Shown piece after piece: positions 1 to 12,717 of a DNA stretch of 64,000 bases. The position numbers were made by a program, and so were the translations under genes. Within the stretch, counting starts at the first letter, position 1, and each line of letters starts with the position of its first letter. The DNA is from Octopus vulgaris (Eukaryota): assembly GCA_951406725.2 (NCBI GenBank), contig OX597814.1, positions 1,922,001 to 1,986,000 of the forward strand, in the 5' to 3' direction. The notes under the pieces were generated by a model. It was not told the origin of the DNA. It ran no database searches and saw only the letters and a program-made list of their open reading frames with translations.

Positions 1-242
1 GTGTGTGTAATGCGCAGTGTGTATGTGTGTGTGCATATGTATAGGTATGTGTGTCTGTGAGTTTGTATATCTCGTTCACGTGACGAAAATTAGAAAATCA
101 CTTGTCAAAAGATTAGAATAAATTCGAACGTTTCTGAGTTGCAGGTTAAAATGAACTGTAAAGAAGGAGGATGAAAAAACGTGCCGAAGGCCAGAAAATT
201 TAAGTGAAGTCATATTTCACATACTTATAGTAACTAACAAAG

Positions 243-912
243 CGTTCTAAGTTCAAATTCAATGCCGACTTCGCCTTTCATCCTTTCGGAGGTCGATAAA
301 TTAAGTACCAGTTGCACACTGGAGTCGATCTCATCGGCTGGTTCCCCTCCCCCAAAATTTCCGGCCTTGTGCCTAGAGTAGAAAAGAAAAGAAACGTTAG
401 CACGCCGGGCGAAATGCTTAGCGTTATTTCATTTGTTTTTACGTTCTGAGTTCAAATTCCGCCGAAGTCGACTTTGCCTTTCACCCTTTCGGGGTCGATT
501 AAATAAGTACCAGTTACACACTGGGGTCGATATAATCGACTTAATCCGTTTGTCTGTCCTTGTTTGTCCTCTCTGTGTTTAGCCCCTTGAGGGTAGTAAA
601 GAAATAGGTATTTCGTCTGCTGCTCCGTTCTGAGTTCAAATTCCGCTGAGGTGGACTTTGTCTTTCATCCTTTCGGTGCCAATAAATTTAGCACCAGTTG
701 CGTACTGGGGTCGATATAATCGACTTAATCCCTTTGTCTGTCCTTATTAGTCATTATATTATAAGTATCTGAAATATCACTTCAGTTAAATTTTCTGGCC
801 TTCGGCACGGTTTTTCGGGGTCAATAAATTAAGCACCAGTTGGGTACTGGGGTCGATATAATCGACTAGCCCCTTCCCCCAAAATTTCGGGTCTGTGCCT
901 AGAGTAGAAAAG
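243..912 (+). mobile_element. Cluster of 4 partial SINE copies, family A (GGCGGCGAGCTGGCAGAAACG head; Meta-domain-like core)
   Basis: The core GAGTTCAAATTCCGCCGAGGTCGACTTTGCCTTTCATCCTTTCGGGGTCGATAAATTAAGTACCAG recurs, in full or partly, about 4 times. GAGTTCAAAT is a pol III B-box-like motif. Confidence 0.85.
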
Positions 913-1041
913 TATATAATGAATAATGTGCATTGTAAGCATCAAACGATTTGCTGCAGCATGGCCAGAGCCCTTTCTAGACCATGGTAATGATTATATT
1001 TCATATTAGTCATTATGTTATTATAAATAAAATAATGAGAA

Positions 1042-1044
<3 letters not shown>

Positions 1045-1130
<86 letters not shown>

Positions 1131-1138
1131 ACGACGTC

Positions 1139-1180
<42 letters not shown>

Positions 1181-1192
1181 GACGTCGTTGTA
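1045..1192. repeat. (TA)n microsatellite with an embedded perfect palindrome
   Basis: TACAACGACGTCTACA-(TA)n-TGTAGACGTCGTTGTA at 1127-1192. Confidence 0.9.
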
Positions 1193-1879
1193 ATATAAAA
1201 TAGTTCCTTTGCATTGAGAAAAAGACAGTAAGAAGGAAAGAAAAAAGCGAAGGAAGGAAAGAGACGAGAGATAAAAACTTGGAATATATATACAACAGAC
1301 TAATTCGAAAAGAGATGTTTTATTTTATTTTTTTTTTTGTTACTGGGAGGATTAATAAGATGAGAATAAAAAGTGAAATTAAATCTCTGCACTAGACAAG
1401 AAGATAATCTACTCCTGTAATAACCGTCTCTGTGTGTATTAATGTAACGAAGCAAATTAATATTATAAAAACAGGTCAACGAAGCTGATATAACGAACAC
1501 ACAAAAAAAAAAAAAACCAACAGAAAATTGATATTTGATAAAAAGAAAACCTATTGTAATACAATAACTGTAATGAAATATAAGAGGAAAGTTGTTTTTT
1601 AAAAACCAACCAACAGAACGACAATATAATGGTTAGAAAATAAAATATGAGAATGGTTTTTCCTCTCGTAATTAATTCAATATTGCGAATCCTATAGAAT
1701 GTTTTTTTTTTCTCCAACTAAATGAAACGATCTACGGTTTCAAATCGAGAGCTAGACTAACTTATATCACCATAGTTTCGGATTTTATATTCTGAAAGAT
1801 TAAAAAGTATACAGGTATCCTATAGGTATATTGCATTTGTCCATTCATCTGTTTTCTCTGCTCAGTATTAAAGGGAGGG

Positions 1880-2266
1880 GGTGGATGCGCAATGGCCCAG
1901 TGGTTAGGGCAGCGGACTCGCGGTCGTAGGATCGCGGTTTCGATTCCCAGACCGGGCGTTGTGAGTGTTTATTGAGCGAAAACACCTAAAAGCTCCACGA
2001 GGCTCCGGCAGGGGATGGTGGTGATCCCTGCTGTACTCTTTCACCACAACTTTCTCTCACTCTTACTTCCTGTTTCTGTTGTACCTGTATTTCAAAGGGC
2101 CGGCCTTGTCACTCTCTGTGTCACGCTGAATATCCCCCGAGAACTACGTTAAGGGTACACGTGTCTGTGGAGTGCTCAGCCACTTATACGGTAATTTCAC
2201 GAGTAGGCTGTTCCGTTGATTCGGATCAACCGGAACCCTCGTCGTCGTAACCGACGGAGTGCTTCC
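1880..2266 (+). mobile_element. Full-length tRNA-derived SINE, family B (tRNA-Arg-like head, octopus OR-type)
   Basis: A box TGGCCCAGTGG and B box GGTTTCGATTCC. 13-bp TSD ATTAAAGGGAGGG at 1867-1879 and 2267-2279. Confidence 0.9.
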
Positions 2267-2390
2267 ATTAAAGGGAGGGCCGTGCTGGTTGATTTTTCTC
2301 ACGGACGAAAACCACCGCACCATATCTGTCGAAAATATAGTACCGTTAAGTATGATTCATAGATGACTGCCTTAGTAAACTAATACATAT

Positions 2391-2619
2391 TTCTTTATTA
2401 CCCACAAGGGGCTAAACACAGAGGGGACAAACCAGGACAGACATAGGTATTAAGTCGATTACATGGACCCCAGTGCGTAACTAGTTCTTAATTTATCAAC
2501 CCCGAAAGGATGAAAGGCAAAGTCGACCTCGGCGGAATTTGAACTCAGAACGTAACGCAGACGAAATACCGCTAAGCATTTCGCCCGGCGTACTAACGTT
2601 TCAGCCAGCTCGCCGCCTT
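2391..2619 (-). mobile_element. SINE family A, full length
   Basis: Reverse complement of the family A head (CAGCTCGCCGCC at about 2607-2618) and core. Confidence 0.85.
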
Positions 2620-2857
2620 AATGCAGTTTCATTTAGGCGTACATGAGTTTTTATTCAGCCCAGTGTCTCACTGCAGTATCAGCGAATTTATTATTCACTG
2701 TATGGTTTATAACGGAAAGAAATAGACTCCGTCTAGGCATGTGGGTAGTGTGTAAAACTTATCAACACATCTAATATTCGTGTGGGTCACAACTGAGACG
2801 ATCTTCGCCTCGCTCCGATATGTATTGTGTTTTAAACACAGAATATCTATAAAGAGG

Positions 2858-3131
2858 TGATAAATCTCAGAGCGAGTTATAAACAGTAGCGGTAACACAT
2901 CGTGACGCATATACTTGCCATTTGAATATGGCTAACCCCTAAGGGTGGAGGCTACTGTAGTTTGTAGCCCCAGGAAGATATCTCCTCCAGCTGGCTATAG
3001 ACACACTATCTGTGCCCTATCAGTATAGTGTGTCTATAGCCAGCTGGAGGAGATATCTTCCTGGGGCTACAAACTACAGTAGCATCCACCCTTAGGAGTT
3101 AGCCATATTCAAATGGCAAATATGTGTCACG
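2858..3131. mobile_element. Fold-back (palindromic) insertion with a 15-bp TSD
   Basis: Arms 2899-3009 and 3025-3133 differ by 3 substitutions and one 2-nt indel. Direct repeat ATATCTATAAAGAGG at 2843-2857 and 3132-3146. Confidence 0.85.
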
Positions 3132-3563
3132 ATATCTATAAAGAGGGTTCTCTCTCAAACAGAACACACAATGTCATGTCCCTCAATGGCGTATATTCGT
3201 TAAGCATAACGTACAGGCGGTTATTATCAGTTATTACGCTTTCAATTGTATACATCAAATTTTGATAAGTACTCGAGTTTACCGTTATTTTGGGAAACTT
3301 CTAGTTTTTAAAGATTTTAACAACCATAAATTGACGGTAGCAAAGAGGGTACCCTTATGTTAGGGTGGGGTGGGGGAGAAACTAAACGTAGTGGTAAGTG
3401 CTAGGTTGTCTAGGGTAGTGAACACAATATGGATAAGGAGATATATGGCTGATGAAGCGTAATAATACGGAAAGGTGTCTCTTGCATGTCTATTATTTCC
3501 ATCATCTAACACAGTTCTGTATGCATAGATGCACACTCATAGATATACGTGTGCGAGTCTGTG

Positions 3564-3642
<79 letters not shown>

Positions 3643-3671
3643 CAATACACACACACACACACACACATATA

Positions 3672-3903
3672 AGGCGGGGAGCTGCCAGAAACGTTAGCGC
3701 GGCGGGCGAAATGCTTAGCGGTATTTCGTCTGTCGTTATGCTCTGAGTTCAAATTCTGCCGAGGTCGACTTTGCCTTTCATCCTTTCGGGGTCGATAAAT
3801 AAAGTACCAGTTTCGCACTGGGGTCGATGTAATCGACTTAATCCGTTTGTCTGTCCGTGTTTGTACCCTCTATGTTTAGTCCCTTGTGGGTAGTAAAGAA
3901 ATA
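3672..3903 (+). mobile_element. SINE family A
   Basis: Head GGCGGGGAGCTGCCAGAAACG, core, and tail CCCTTGTGGGTAGTAAAGAAA. Confidence 0.85.
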
Positions 3904-3974
3904 TGTATACACACACATACATATATACATATATATATATACGTATATACATATATATATATGTACATGAATAT

Positions 3975-4247
<273 letters not shown>

Positions 4248-4368
4248 TAAAACATTTTTCAGGATTTAAGGATATATATATATATATTTTTGACTATTTA
4301 TTAAAATTTTATGTTTTGATTAAGTCTTTCCTTGTTTGTTTTGCAAAATAGTGGTTTTGTCTCTAATA

Positions 4369-4414
<46 letters not shown>

Positions 4415-5016
4415 TATATATATATGTATAGATACAGCGTATTAGTTTTTTTAAAAATTTCTATTACTTTTTTCAAACACTCGTACCTCGAAACTGACGG
4501 GAGCGACCATCATACACACACACACACACTAACACACACACACACACACACACACACACGTATATATACACGTGTGATGGTATAAGTGGCGACATGTGTA
4601 TGCGTATATTACTTTGAATAAAGCCATGTGGTTATATCTATAATTTATGCAATCATAATTCTGTAATTTATGAGATGCATTTATAACACTATATATGCAT
4701 CTCTACACCTCCTTCTGCACTGAGATCTCGTCCAGTTTTAGCATGAATATTATGTGACAGATGTGCATATCCTGCAGAGAAAGGGACCTTGAATACATCC
4801 TGTAAAAAGGGCAAGATAACCCAGTCGTCAGACAGACCAACCAAAGCGTGTTCGGTACGAAGCCGAGATAAATACAACAAACTTATGTCCTGTGAGGAGT
4901 CTTTACGTTGTTACTGAAAATGCTAGATATAGCAGTTAATAGCTTCCTAAATCATATCCCTCTTACTGTCCTGCAGAGAGGAAGATAGACATTGAGTAAT
5001 TTAGGCTCACAACAAA

Positions 5017-5599
5017 GGCGGCGAGCTGGCGGAAACGTTAGCACGCCGGGCGAAATGCTTATCGGTATTTCGTCTGCCGTTACGTTCTGAGTTCAAATTC
5101 CGCCGAGGTCGACTTTGCTTTTCATCCCTTCGGGGTCGATAAATTAAGTACCAGTTACGCACTGGGGTTGATATAATCGACTTAATCCGTTTGTCTGTCC
5201 TTGTTTGTCTTCTCTGTGTTTAGCCCCTTGTGGGTAGTAAAGAAATAGGTATTTCGTCTATCTTTACGTTCTGATTTCAAATTCCGCTGAGGTCGATAAA
5301 TTAAGTACCAGTTGCACACTGGGGTCGATCTAATCGACTGGATTCCTCCCCCAAAATTTCGGGCCTTGTGTTGGGCTACTAAAGCGGCAAACTGGCACAA
5401 GCGTTAGCATATCGGGCGAAATGCTTAGCTGTATTTCGTCTGTCTTTACGTTCTGTGTTCAAATTCCGCCGAGGTCAACTTTGCCTTTCATCCTTTCGAG
5501 GTCGATAAATTAGGTACCAGTTACGCTCTGGGGCGATCTAATCGATTGGCCTCCTCCCCTAAAATTTCGGTCCTTGTGCCTAGAGTAGAAAAGAATGTT
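5017..5599 (+). mobile_element. Tandem/nested SINE family A trimer
   Basis: Three head/core units inside one 9-bp direct repeat GGCTCACAA (5004-5012 and 5600-5608). Confidence 0.8.
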
Positions 5600-5820
5600 G
5601 GCTCACAAGAGTCTTATCTGTCATATGATGGGTAACTCTGAAAATATATTTCTAAGTATATTTTTTGTCGCGATGGACAAAAATAGCAGACACAAAAGAA
5701 ATTATATTTTAACTTTTATCAATGGTATTTATACAAAATGATGAAATGAACCTGTGACTTCTTCAGCGACACTTATTTAATGAAATAAATGGAATAAGAG
5801 CACACACTGAGACGGAAAGT

Positions 5821-5863
5821 GTCACCGAAGAGGTCACAGATGTGTGACGAAAGATTTCCGGAC
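5821..5863 (+). ncRNA. Minimal hammerhead ribozyme-like motif (PLE-type)
   Basis: gtca-CCGAAGA-g-GTCAC agatgt GTGAC-GAAA-gat-TTC-cggac. A partial inverted copy with a CTGAAGA core lies at 5752-5774. Confidence 0.55.
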
Positions 5864-6222
5864 GATGAAATGAATTCTAATTTTCAAAAGACAAATATAT
5901 CTACCTTAAAATAAAATTTAATAAGAGAAAACTTTAGCCTACATATTCATTTTTAATACATTCGGCCAGATTCGAACGTGAATACGCTAATCGCTGTCTA
6001 TTGAAAAGATCTACTTATTTCTCATTTGCATGACTCCTGCCATCAATATTCTATCAAATACTCTTCCTCCACGTCCTCTTCCTCTATCTTCATGATTTTT
6101 TATCTCTTTATGTGTAACGTTCTTTTGCTCATTGCCTGCCACCGAGCTTATTATATGCACTGATATGTTAACTCACTCTTTACTCCTTCTGATTTCTCTA
6201 CACGGTCTAATGCGCGGGGAAC

Positions 6223-6571
6223 TCAACCAACCAATCAACGAGCCAGCCAGCCGACCAACCAGCCAGCCAGCCAGCCGACCAGCCAGCAAGCCAGCCAAAC
6301 AAACAACCAACCAACCAAACAACCATTCAACCAACCATCCATCCAGCCAAAAATCTACCCAACCAACCCCCCAACCTACCGACCGACCACCCACCCACCC
6401 ATCCAATCACTCACCCACCCAACCAACCAACCAGCCAACCAACCACCAAACGGACCAACCAACCAACCAACTAACCAACCGACTGACCGACCGACCAACC
6501 GATCGATTAACCAACGAACCAGCCAACGAAGCAACCAGCCAATCAACCAGCCGACCGACCGATCGACCAAC
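6223..6571. repeat. Degenerate (CAAC/CAGC/CGAC)n tetranucleotide repeat
   Basis: Direct reading; explains the ORFs at 6132-6608. Confidence 0.9.
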
Positions 6572-7293
6572 ATTCATATCAGCAAATACTATATCGAGAT
6601 ATGCTTAAAGTAGCTCAGAGAAGGACCGACTTGTCATGTCCGAGCGTCTTTGATCTTACGTTTATTTAATCTGGGATGACTAGTTTTGTAAACAACAAAA
6701 TGCTAACAACCAAGCAATCATCGAAGGTGCCACTATGTTGTTTGTTAATTGGGGCCAAACATCTCAGAAGACAACCTACTGTGTTGCAGTTGGATCTGGG
6801 CATCGCCCTTGTTCCACACAAAATCTGTCATTTATCATGTAATATAAGTTATAACATGAATGTGCGCGCACGTGTATGCATGTATGTGTGAGTGTTGCTT
6901 CATATGCAGTAAATTGCACCAATCGGCAATATGTAAATGTTGCTATGCTGCAAAATTACTTACAGTGTGCAACTTCCCCAGAAACAGCAGTAAAGAACTA
7001 CCTACTGTCTCCTATCTTGGCTTTCACCATTAAATCCTTGGGTGTTACTTACGTATCGAGGTTGGATCAACACAGAGGACAACTGCAATTCTCCTCTCTC
7101 TCTCATCAATAGCATAATTCTATGATTTTCCTTGATTTGAACCCGTCTACGCCGAATCACTAAGAATTTTCACTTTCCGGATTTTCTTAGTTCACGTTGT
7201 TTATATGTTTCTGTGTGTTTCTTCTCACTTCTGCTTAAATATGGTACAAATGACTTGATGCCTTGCAACCTCTGTTATACATATTTATTTATA

Positions 7294-7455
7294 GGCGCAG
7301 GAGTGGCTGTGTGGTAAGTAGCTTGCTTACCAACCACACGGTTCCGGGTTCAGTCCCACTGCGTGGCACCTTGGGCAAGTGTCTTCTACTGTAGCCTCGG
7401 GCCGACCAAAGCCTTGTGAGTGGATTTGGTAGACGGAAACTGAAAGAAGCCCGTC

Positions 7456-7511
<56 letters not shown>

Positions 7512-7733
7512 GTGTGTGTGTTTGTGTGTCTGTGATTGTCCCCCTAGCATTGCTTGACAACCGGTGCTGGTGTGTTTACGTCCCCGTTACTTAGCGGTTC
7601 GGCAAAAGAGACCGATAGAATAAGTACTAGGCTTACAAAGAATAAGTCCTGGGGTCGATTTGCTCGACTAAAAAAAAGGCGGTGCTCCAGCATGGCCGCA
7701 GTCAAATGACTGAAACAAGTAAAAGAGTAAAAG
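7294..7733 (+). mobile_element. Full-length SINE family C (tRNA head, CORE-like CCTTGGGCAAGT, internal (TA)n/(TG)n, LINE-like tail)
   Basis: Starts GGCGCAGGAGTGGCTGTGTGGTAAG, B box GGTTCAGTCCC, ends GGTGCTCCAGCATGGCCGCAGTCAAATGACTGAAACAAGTAAAAG. Confidence 0.9.
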
Positions 7734-7809
7734 TGTATATCTATATACATGTGACATATAAGTATATGCACACTCAAACACGCACACGCACACACACTGA
7801 CGTACACTC

Positions 7810-8556
7810 TGGTCTCTTATATGTAAGTATATTTTTATCTAAGTCTTGTACGACTCTATTCTTTCTATTCTTTGTATTCTTTCCTTCTTTCTTTCAGCTC
7901 TTTCACGCTTATTCGTTCATTCCACTCTTCGTTCTTTCGTTCCTCCTTTCTCACATTTCCTTGCCTTCTCTTCTTGCTCACTTTCTTCCTCTTTTCACTT
8001 CACCGTGTCCCTGTCATTTTTCCTCGCCCATCATTATTTCTTCTATCCCTTTACCTCTCTCTCTCTCCTCTCTCCCCACGTGACCGGTGTTCTGCCAAAC
8101 CTGGCCTTTCTTTCTTGGTTCGACTACCATCCACGCAACATCTATATTCCTCCCCATGCCTGTCAAATCTCTTATATCCCTGCCGTAAGACTTTACTTCC
8201 ACACACGCCAGCTTAATTTAATTCGTCCTTAATCGAAAGACACCTGTTGTTATGTCCTGTTATTTGTATTTGTGTAACATTCACCGTTTTTTCCGTCCTT
8301 GTTTTCGTATACATTCGCTGCTTTCTTCCAAGGAATCTAATGATTTTAGCTTAGTTTTTCCTTGGGGCTGGCCAGATTGAAGCAATCTCGAGTATAACCA
8401 ACCGAAATTGCAACGATAATCTGGAACTCGACTGAGGAAAGAAAACTCCGAATGACCCGTCCTTGTTTTCTTTGTATCGTGTATCTGGAATTTTTGTTGT
8501 CCCCTTTTTGTATCACCTAACTGCCTGGATGTTTTGCGTTATTGTCCCATTTTGTA
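7810..8556 (+). mobile_element. Probable PLE terminal-repeat (pLTR)-derived repeat with a degenerate hammerhead
   Basis: Pyrimidine-rich tract ending at a TA/TG microsatellite; CTGAGGA-aagaaaactcc-GAAT-gacccGTC at about 8432-8461. Confidence 0.4.
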
Positions 8557-9151
8557 TGTGTGTATATATATATATATATATGTATATGTGTATGTATGTA
8601 TGTATGTATGTATGTATGTATGTATGTATATATATATACATTATTTATACATGCACATATATATAGAGAGAGTGTGAAGAAGAGTGAGAGAGAAAGAGAG
8701 ATAGAGAAGGAGAGAGAGAGAATGATGTTTATCTCAATTTACATGAAACTGAGATGGTTTAAATCAATTAAGAATATTTGGAAATGAATCAGAATGTGTT
8801 TAAGTTAATATTGATGTTTGGCTCTGAGGCAACTGTGATCGAGGAGGCATACAGTTAAAGGCGTTCCAACCAAGACCATCCACATTTTTAGGGCCATCTT
8901 AGGCTTTTCTCGTTTTTCCTTCTCGTGACATAGTGATTTCAGTGGGATTTGGCTGCTATTTCTAGTAGACAACATTTATTTATGAAGTTCTCTCCATGCT
9001 TTGGTAACTGGTGACGTTATTGTTGTTGCAAACACGAAGTCACAAATATACACACATATACAAATACATTGACCTACACGTCGGGCTTCTTTCGGTTTCC
9101 GTCTACCAAACCCTCTTACAAGATTTGGGTCGGCCCGGGGCTATTGTAGAA

Positions 9152-9762
9152 CAGTGCTTCTCAAACTATATGATGTGGCGTACCGGCAGCGTTTTTTTTT
9201 TTCCAATGTGCCAGGGACCGGTAAAATTTCTTTATAATATTAATTTATACCGGAAACTATATAATTACGGAGATGTACTTGCATAGGAAGAATTGATCTG
9301 AGATCGTGTGCTCAAACAAAAACAATTGCAGCATGGAAGGTGTTTATAAGCCATTAAAAAACACACAAAAACTGTTAAATTCACTTCAACATTTAAATTC
9401 AATTTGTGTCAAAATATTTTCGTCGCTGCGGAATTTTGTCATTGAACAGGTCGCAGTTTCAAAGCGACGAAAATATTTTAACGCAAATAAAATTTAAATG
9501 TTGACGGGAATCTGACGGGTTTTTTTTTGTGAGTTTTTAAATGGCTTATAAACACCTTCCACGCTGCAATATATATAATGAATATAATAAAAGTGGACAA
9601 TTTTTAAAATTTTCTATTTATTTTGTAAACAAATGATAGAATATTTCATAAGCATTTTATAAGCATTTTATTTTGTTTCTTTTCTAGAAACTCGCCGCGT
9701 ACCAGCAACTGATGGCTCGCGGATCGGCACCAGTCCGCGGGCCACCACTTTGAGTACCACTG
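9152..9762. mobile_element. hAT-superfamily MITE
   Basis: TIRs CAGTGCTTCTCAAA / TTTGAGTACCACTG. Exact 8-bp TSD TTGTAGAA at 9144-9151 and 9763-9770. Confidence 0.9.
9325..9570. mobile_element. Inverted-repeat PLE-like insert nested inside the hAT MITE
   Basis: Arms 9325-9427 and 9463-9570. Degenerate hammerhead TTGAACA-gGTCGC...GCGAC-GAAA-atat-TT. A single-arm copy of the same family lies at 58828-58980. Confidence 0.7.
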
Positions 9763-10139
9763 TTGTAGAAGACATTTGTCAAGCACTGGGAGATTTAGCT
9801 GTTATTTCTAGCAAGCGTGTCAAACAACTGCATTGAGGCTTCCTCTGCTGGTTCGATGACTGGATCATATGGAGACACAAAAGCGGAAGATGAAAATAGG
9901 GAGATGGCGGCTGAATAGCGGTTGTAAAAAAATTCCAACCAGCAGATCACAGAGAAAGTATGCATGCGATAATATTCTGGAACAGAATTTTCAATGAGGT
10001 CACCAGAATTTTCGTTAAGCGATCGCTAATCTCACGTTATTGATGATAATCTTGTGATCTTTGAAACAAGCCAAGTCCTTATGATTGCAAATACAGCTCC
10101 GCACCCGTTCCACTCATCTCTCTCGTTATTTCTCCCGTC

Positions 10140-10430
<291 letters not shown>

Positions 10431-11175
10431 ACTTTTCATAATTTTCCTCTCCCTCTCTTTCTCCCTCCCCTCTCTCTATATATATATGTGTATATATATA
10501 CTTATATATACATATATATATGTATATATATGCTTGTATATATGTATATACATGTATGTATATATGTAAATATGTATTTCTGTATGCATATACATATATG
10601 TGCATGTATGTGTATGTATGTGTATGTATGTATGTATATATATATATATATACATTCATGCACACACACACATACATATATATACATATACATACATACA
10701 TACTTGTATGCATAACACATGTATGCGTATGTGCTAACAAACATAAATACACACACACACACACATAAACACACACACTTTCTAAGTACCTTTGACTCTA
10801 TTGCTTTCTGTCTACACACCCCGGTACACAGGCACACATATACACACATATCCACACAAACACTTTCGTAGAGCGGGAATGAGAGAGTGAGAGAGACGGG
10901 GAAGAAGAGAGAGAAACTTCAAATGCACATCAGAGACCGATGCAGTCCCTCTTTTCCACTGAGTGTTGCTTACTCATACATCGTTTCCGTTCTCTCTCTT
11001 TCCCTTTCTCAATCTCCCTCTCTCTCTTCCTCTCTCCTTCTATTCATCTGTAGTTATATATACACCCGAACATAGCCACACAGACGGACGTTCACACACA
11101 TACACAGCCTACGTTGTCTTCCACACACGCAAATAACACCACTTCACGTATGCCATCTTATAACAAATGCATACA

Positions 11176-11201
11176 GTCTGTCTGTCTGTCTGTCTCTCTG
11201 C

Positions 11202-11245
<44 letters not shown>

Positions 11246-11267
11246 ATCTATATCTATATCTATCTAC

Positions 11268-11355
<88 letters not shown>

Positions 11356-11793
11356 GTGTCTCTTACCCCCTTTGATTTACACGCAGATATACAAAGATTC
11401 TCTCTCTCTCGTTCTCTCTACCCTCCTCTTTTCTTCTCTCTCTCTCTCTCTGTCTCCTGCTTCTCTCTATCTATCGCTCTTTTTCTCTCTCTCTGTCTTT
11501 GTTTTTGCCTCTCTCTTTCTGCTCCCCTCTCTCTCTGTTTCCTGCCTATCTCTTTCTTTCTATCTGTCCCTTTGTCTTTCTGCTTCTCTCTCGTTTTCCC
11601 TCCCTCCCTCCCTCCCTCCCTCTGCCACTGTCTTCCCTCCGTTCTCGCCATTGATTATTCTTGCCCTATCGCTATGTGCAAATTGTGTCTATTTTGGTCT
11701 GTTCTGGTCTTTTCTGTGGTTTGGGCAGCGGTGTGTCCATTAGAAAGGGCGAGAGTAAGACAGACGGAGAGAGAAAGAGAGAGCGAGCGAGCG

Positions 11794-11890
<97 letters not shown>

Positions 11891-11915
11891 AAGAGAGAGA
11901 GAGAGTGAGAGTGAG
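11176..11915. repeat. (TCTG)/(TCTA)/(TC)n tract followed by a (GA)n tract
   Basis: Direct reading; opposing CT-rich and GA-rich tracts. Confidence 0.9.
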
Positions 11916-12211
11916 TGGGGGGAGAATGGTCGTTGTAATGGACGGAAAATTACCTTTATTTCTCTGTAATTAACAGAATATTAGATGAAGTGTGTGCACT
12001 AGTACTGCAATAGGGGCCACTAATGGCTGATATTTACAGATCAAGTTGATATGGAACCCCTACTTCGATGCCAGATTGCAATCGTCAACTGTAATTGGTT
12101 GATATTGATCACAAAGGTCGATAGTTCAATATTTGTTCTCAGTTTTTGTTCGTATTTTCAGTCTTTGCCGCCATTTCCCTCCCTCACTCTCTTTCTCTCC
12201 CTCTCTCCCTC

Positions 12212-12243
<32 letters not shown>

Positions 12244-12311
12244 ATCATGAATTTACTATGTACCTCAGTTTCTCACTCTCACTTTCGCTCTATCTCTCAT
12301 TAGAAACACAC

Positions 12312-12343
<32 letters not shown>

Positions 12344-12499
12344 GCATACACACAAACTGTGTGTGTATGCGTCGATTTGAGACAAGAAAGAGTGTCTTGG
12401 ATTTTTCAGTGATCGACGAATGAGTGACAAGTTTACGGTTCGAATCCCAGTGGCGATTTGCTTCGACTTTCTTTCACAGAATTGATTTCTTTATATAAT

Positions 12500-12717
12500 T
12501 CTTTCTAATTTTGTCACAAGACCAACCATTTTGAGGCAGGGGAATTTGATCCATCACGTCAACCCCAGTACATGCCTGGTACTTATCTTATCGACCCCAA
12601 CAGGATGAAAGGTAGTGCTCACCTCGGTGCTGCTTGAACTCAGAACGTAAAGAGCCGGACGAAATGCAGCCGAGTATTTTATCCGACGCTCCAACGATAC
12701 TGCAAACACGCCACCTT
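12500..12717 (-). mobile_element. Diverged SINE family A
   Basis: TATCGACCCCAACAGGATGAAAGG...TTGAACTCAGAACGTAA. Confidence 0.7.

Larger units (their letters stand above)
9080..9790 (-). mobile_element. SINE family C fragment interrupted by a hAT MITE
   Basis: CGGGCTTCTTTCGGTTTCCGTCTACCAAA...CTATTGTAGAA, then resumes as TTGTAGAAGACATTTGTCAAG after the MITE. Confidence 0.7.

Noticed and set aside
243-912. Repeat-spacer-like pattern suggesting a CRISPR array
   Set aside because: Units are long, irregular SINE fragments in eukaryotic DNA, with no cas genes.
1883-1960. tRNA-Arg-like sequence
   Set aside because: It is the head of a SINE: it continues into the SINE body, has a TSD, and has multiple diverged copies in the window.
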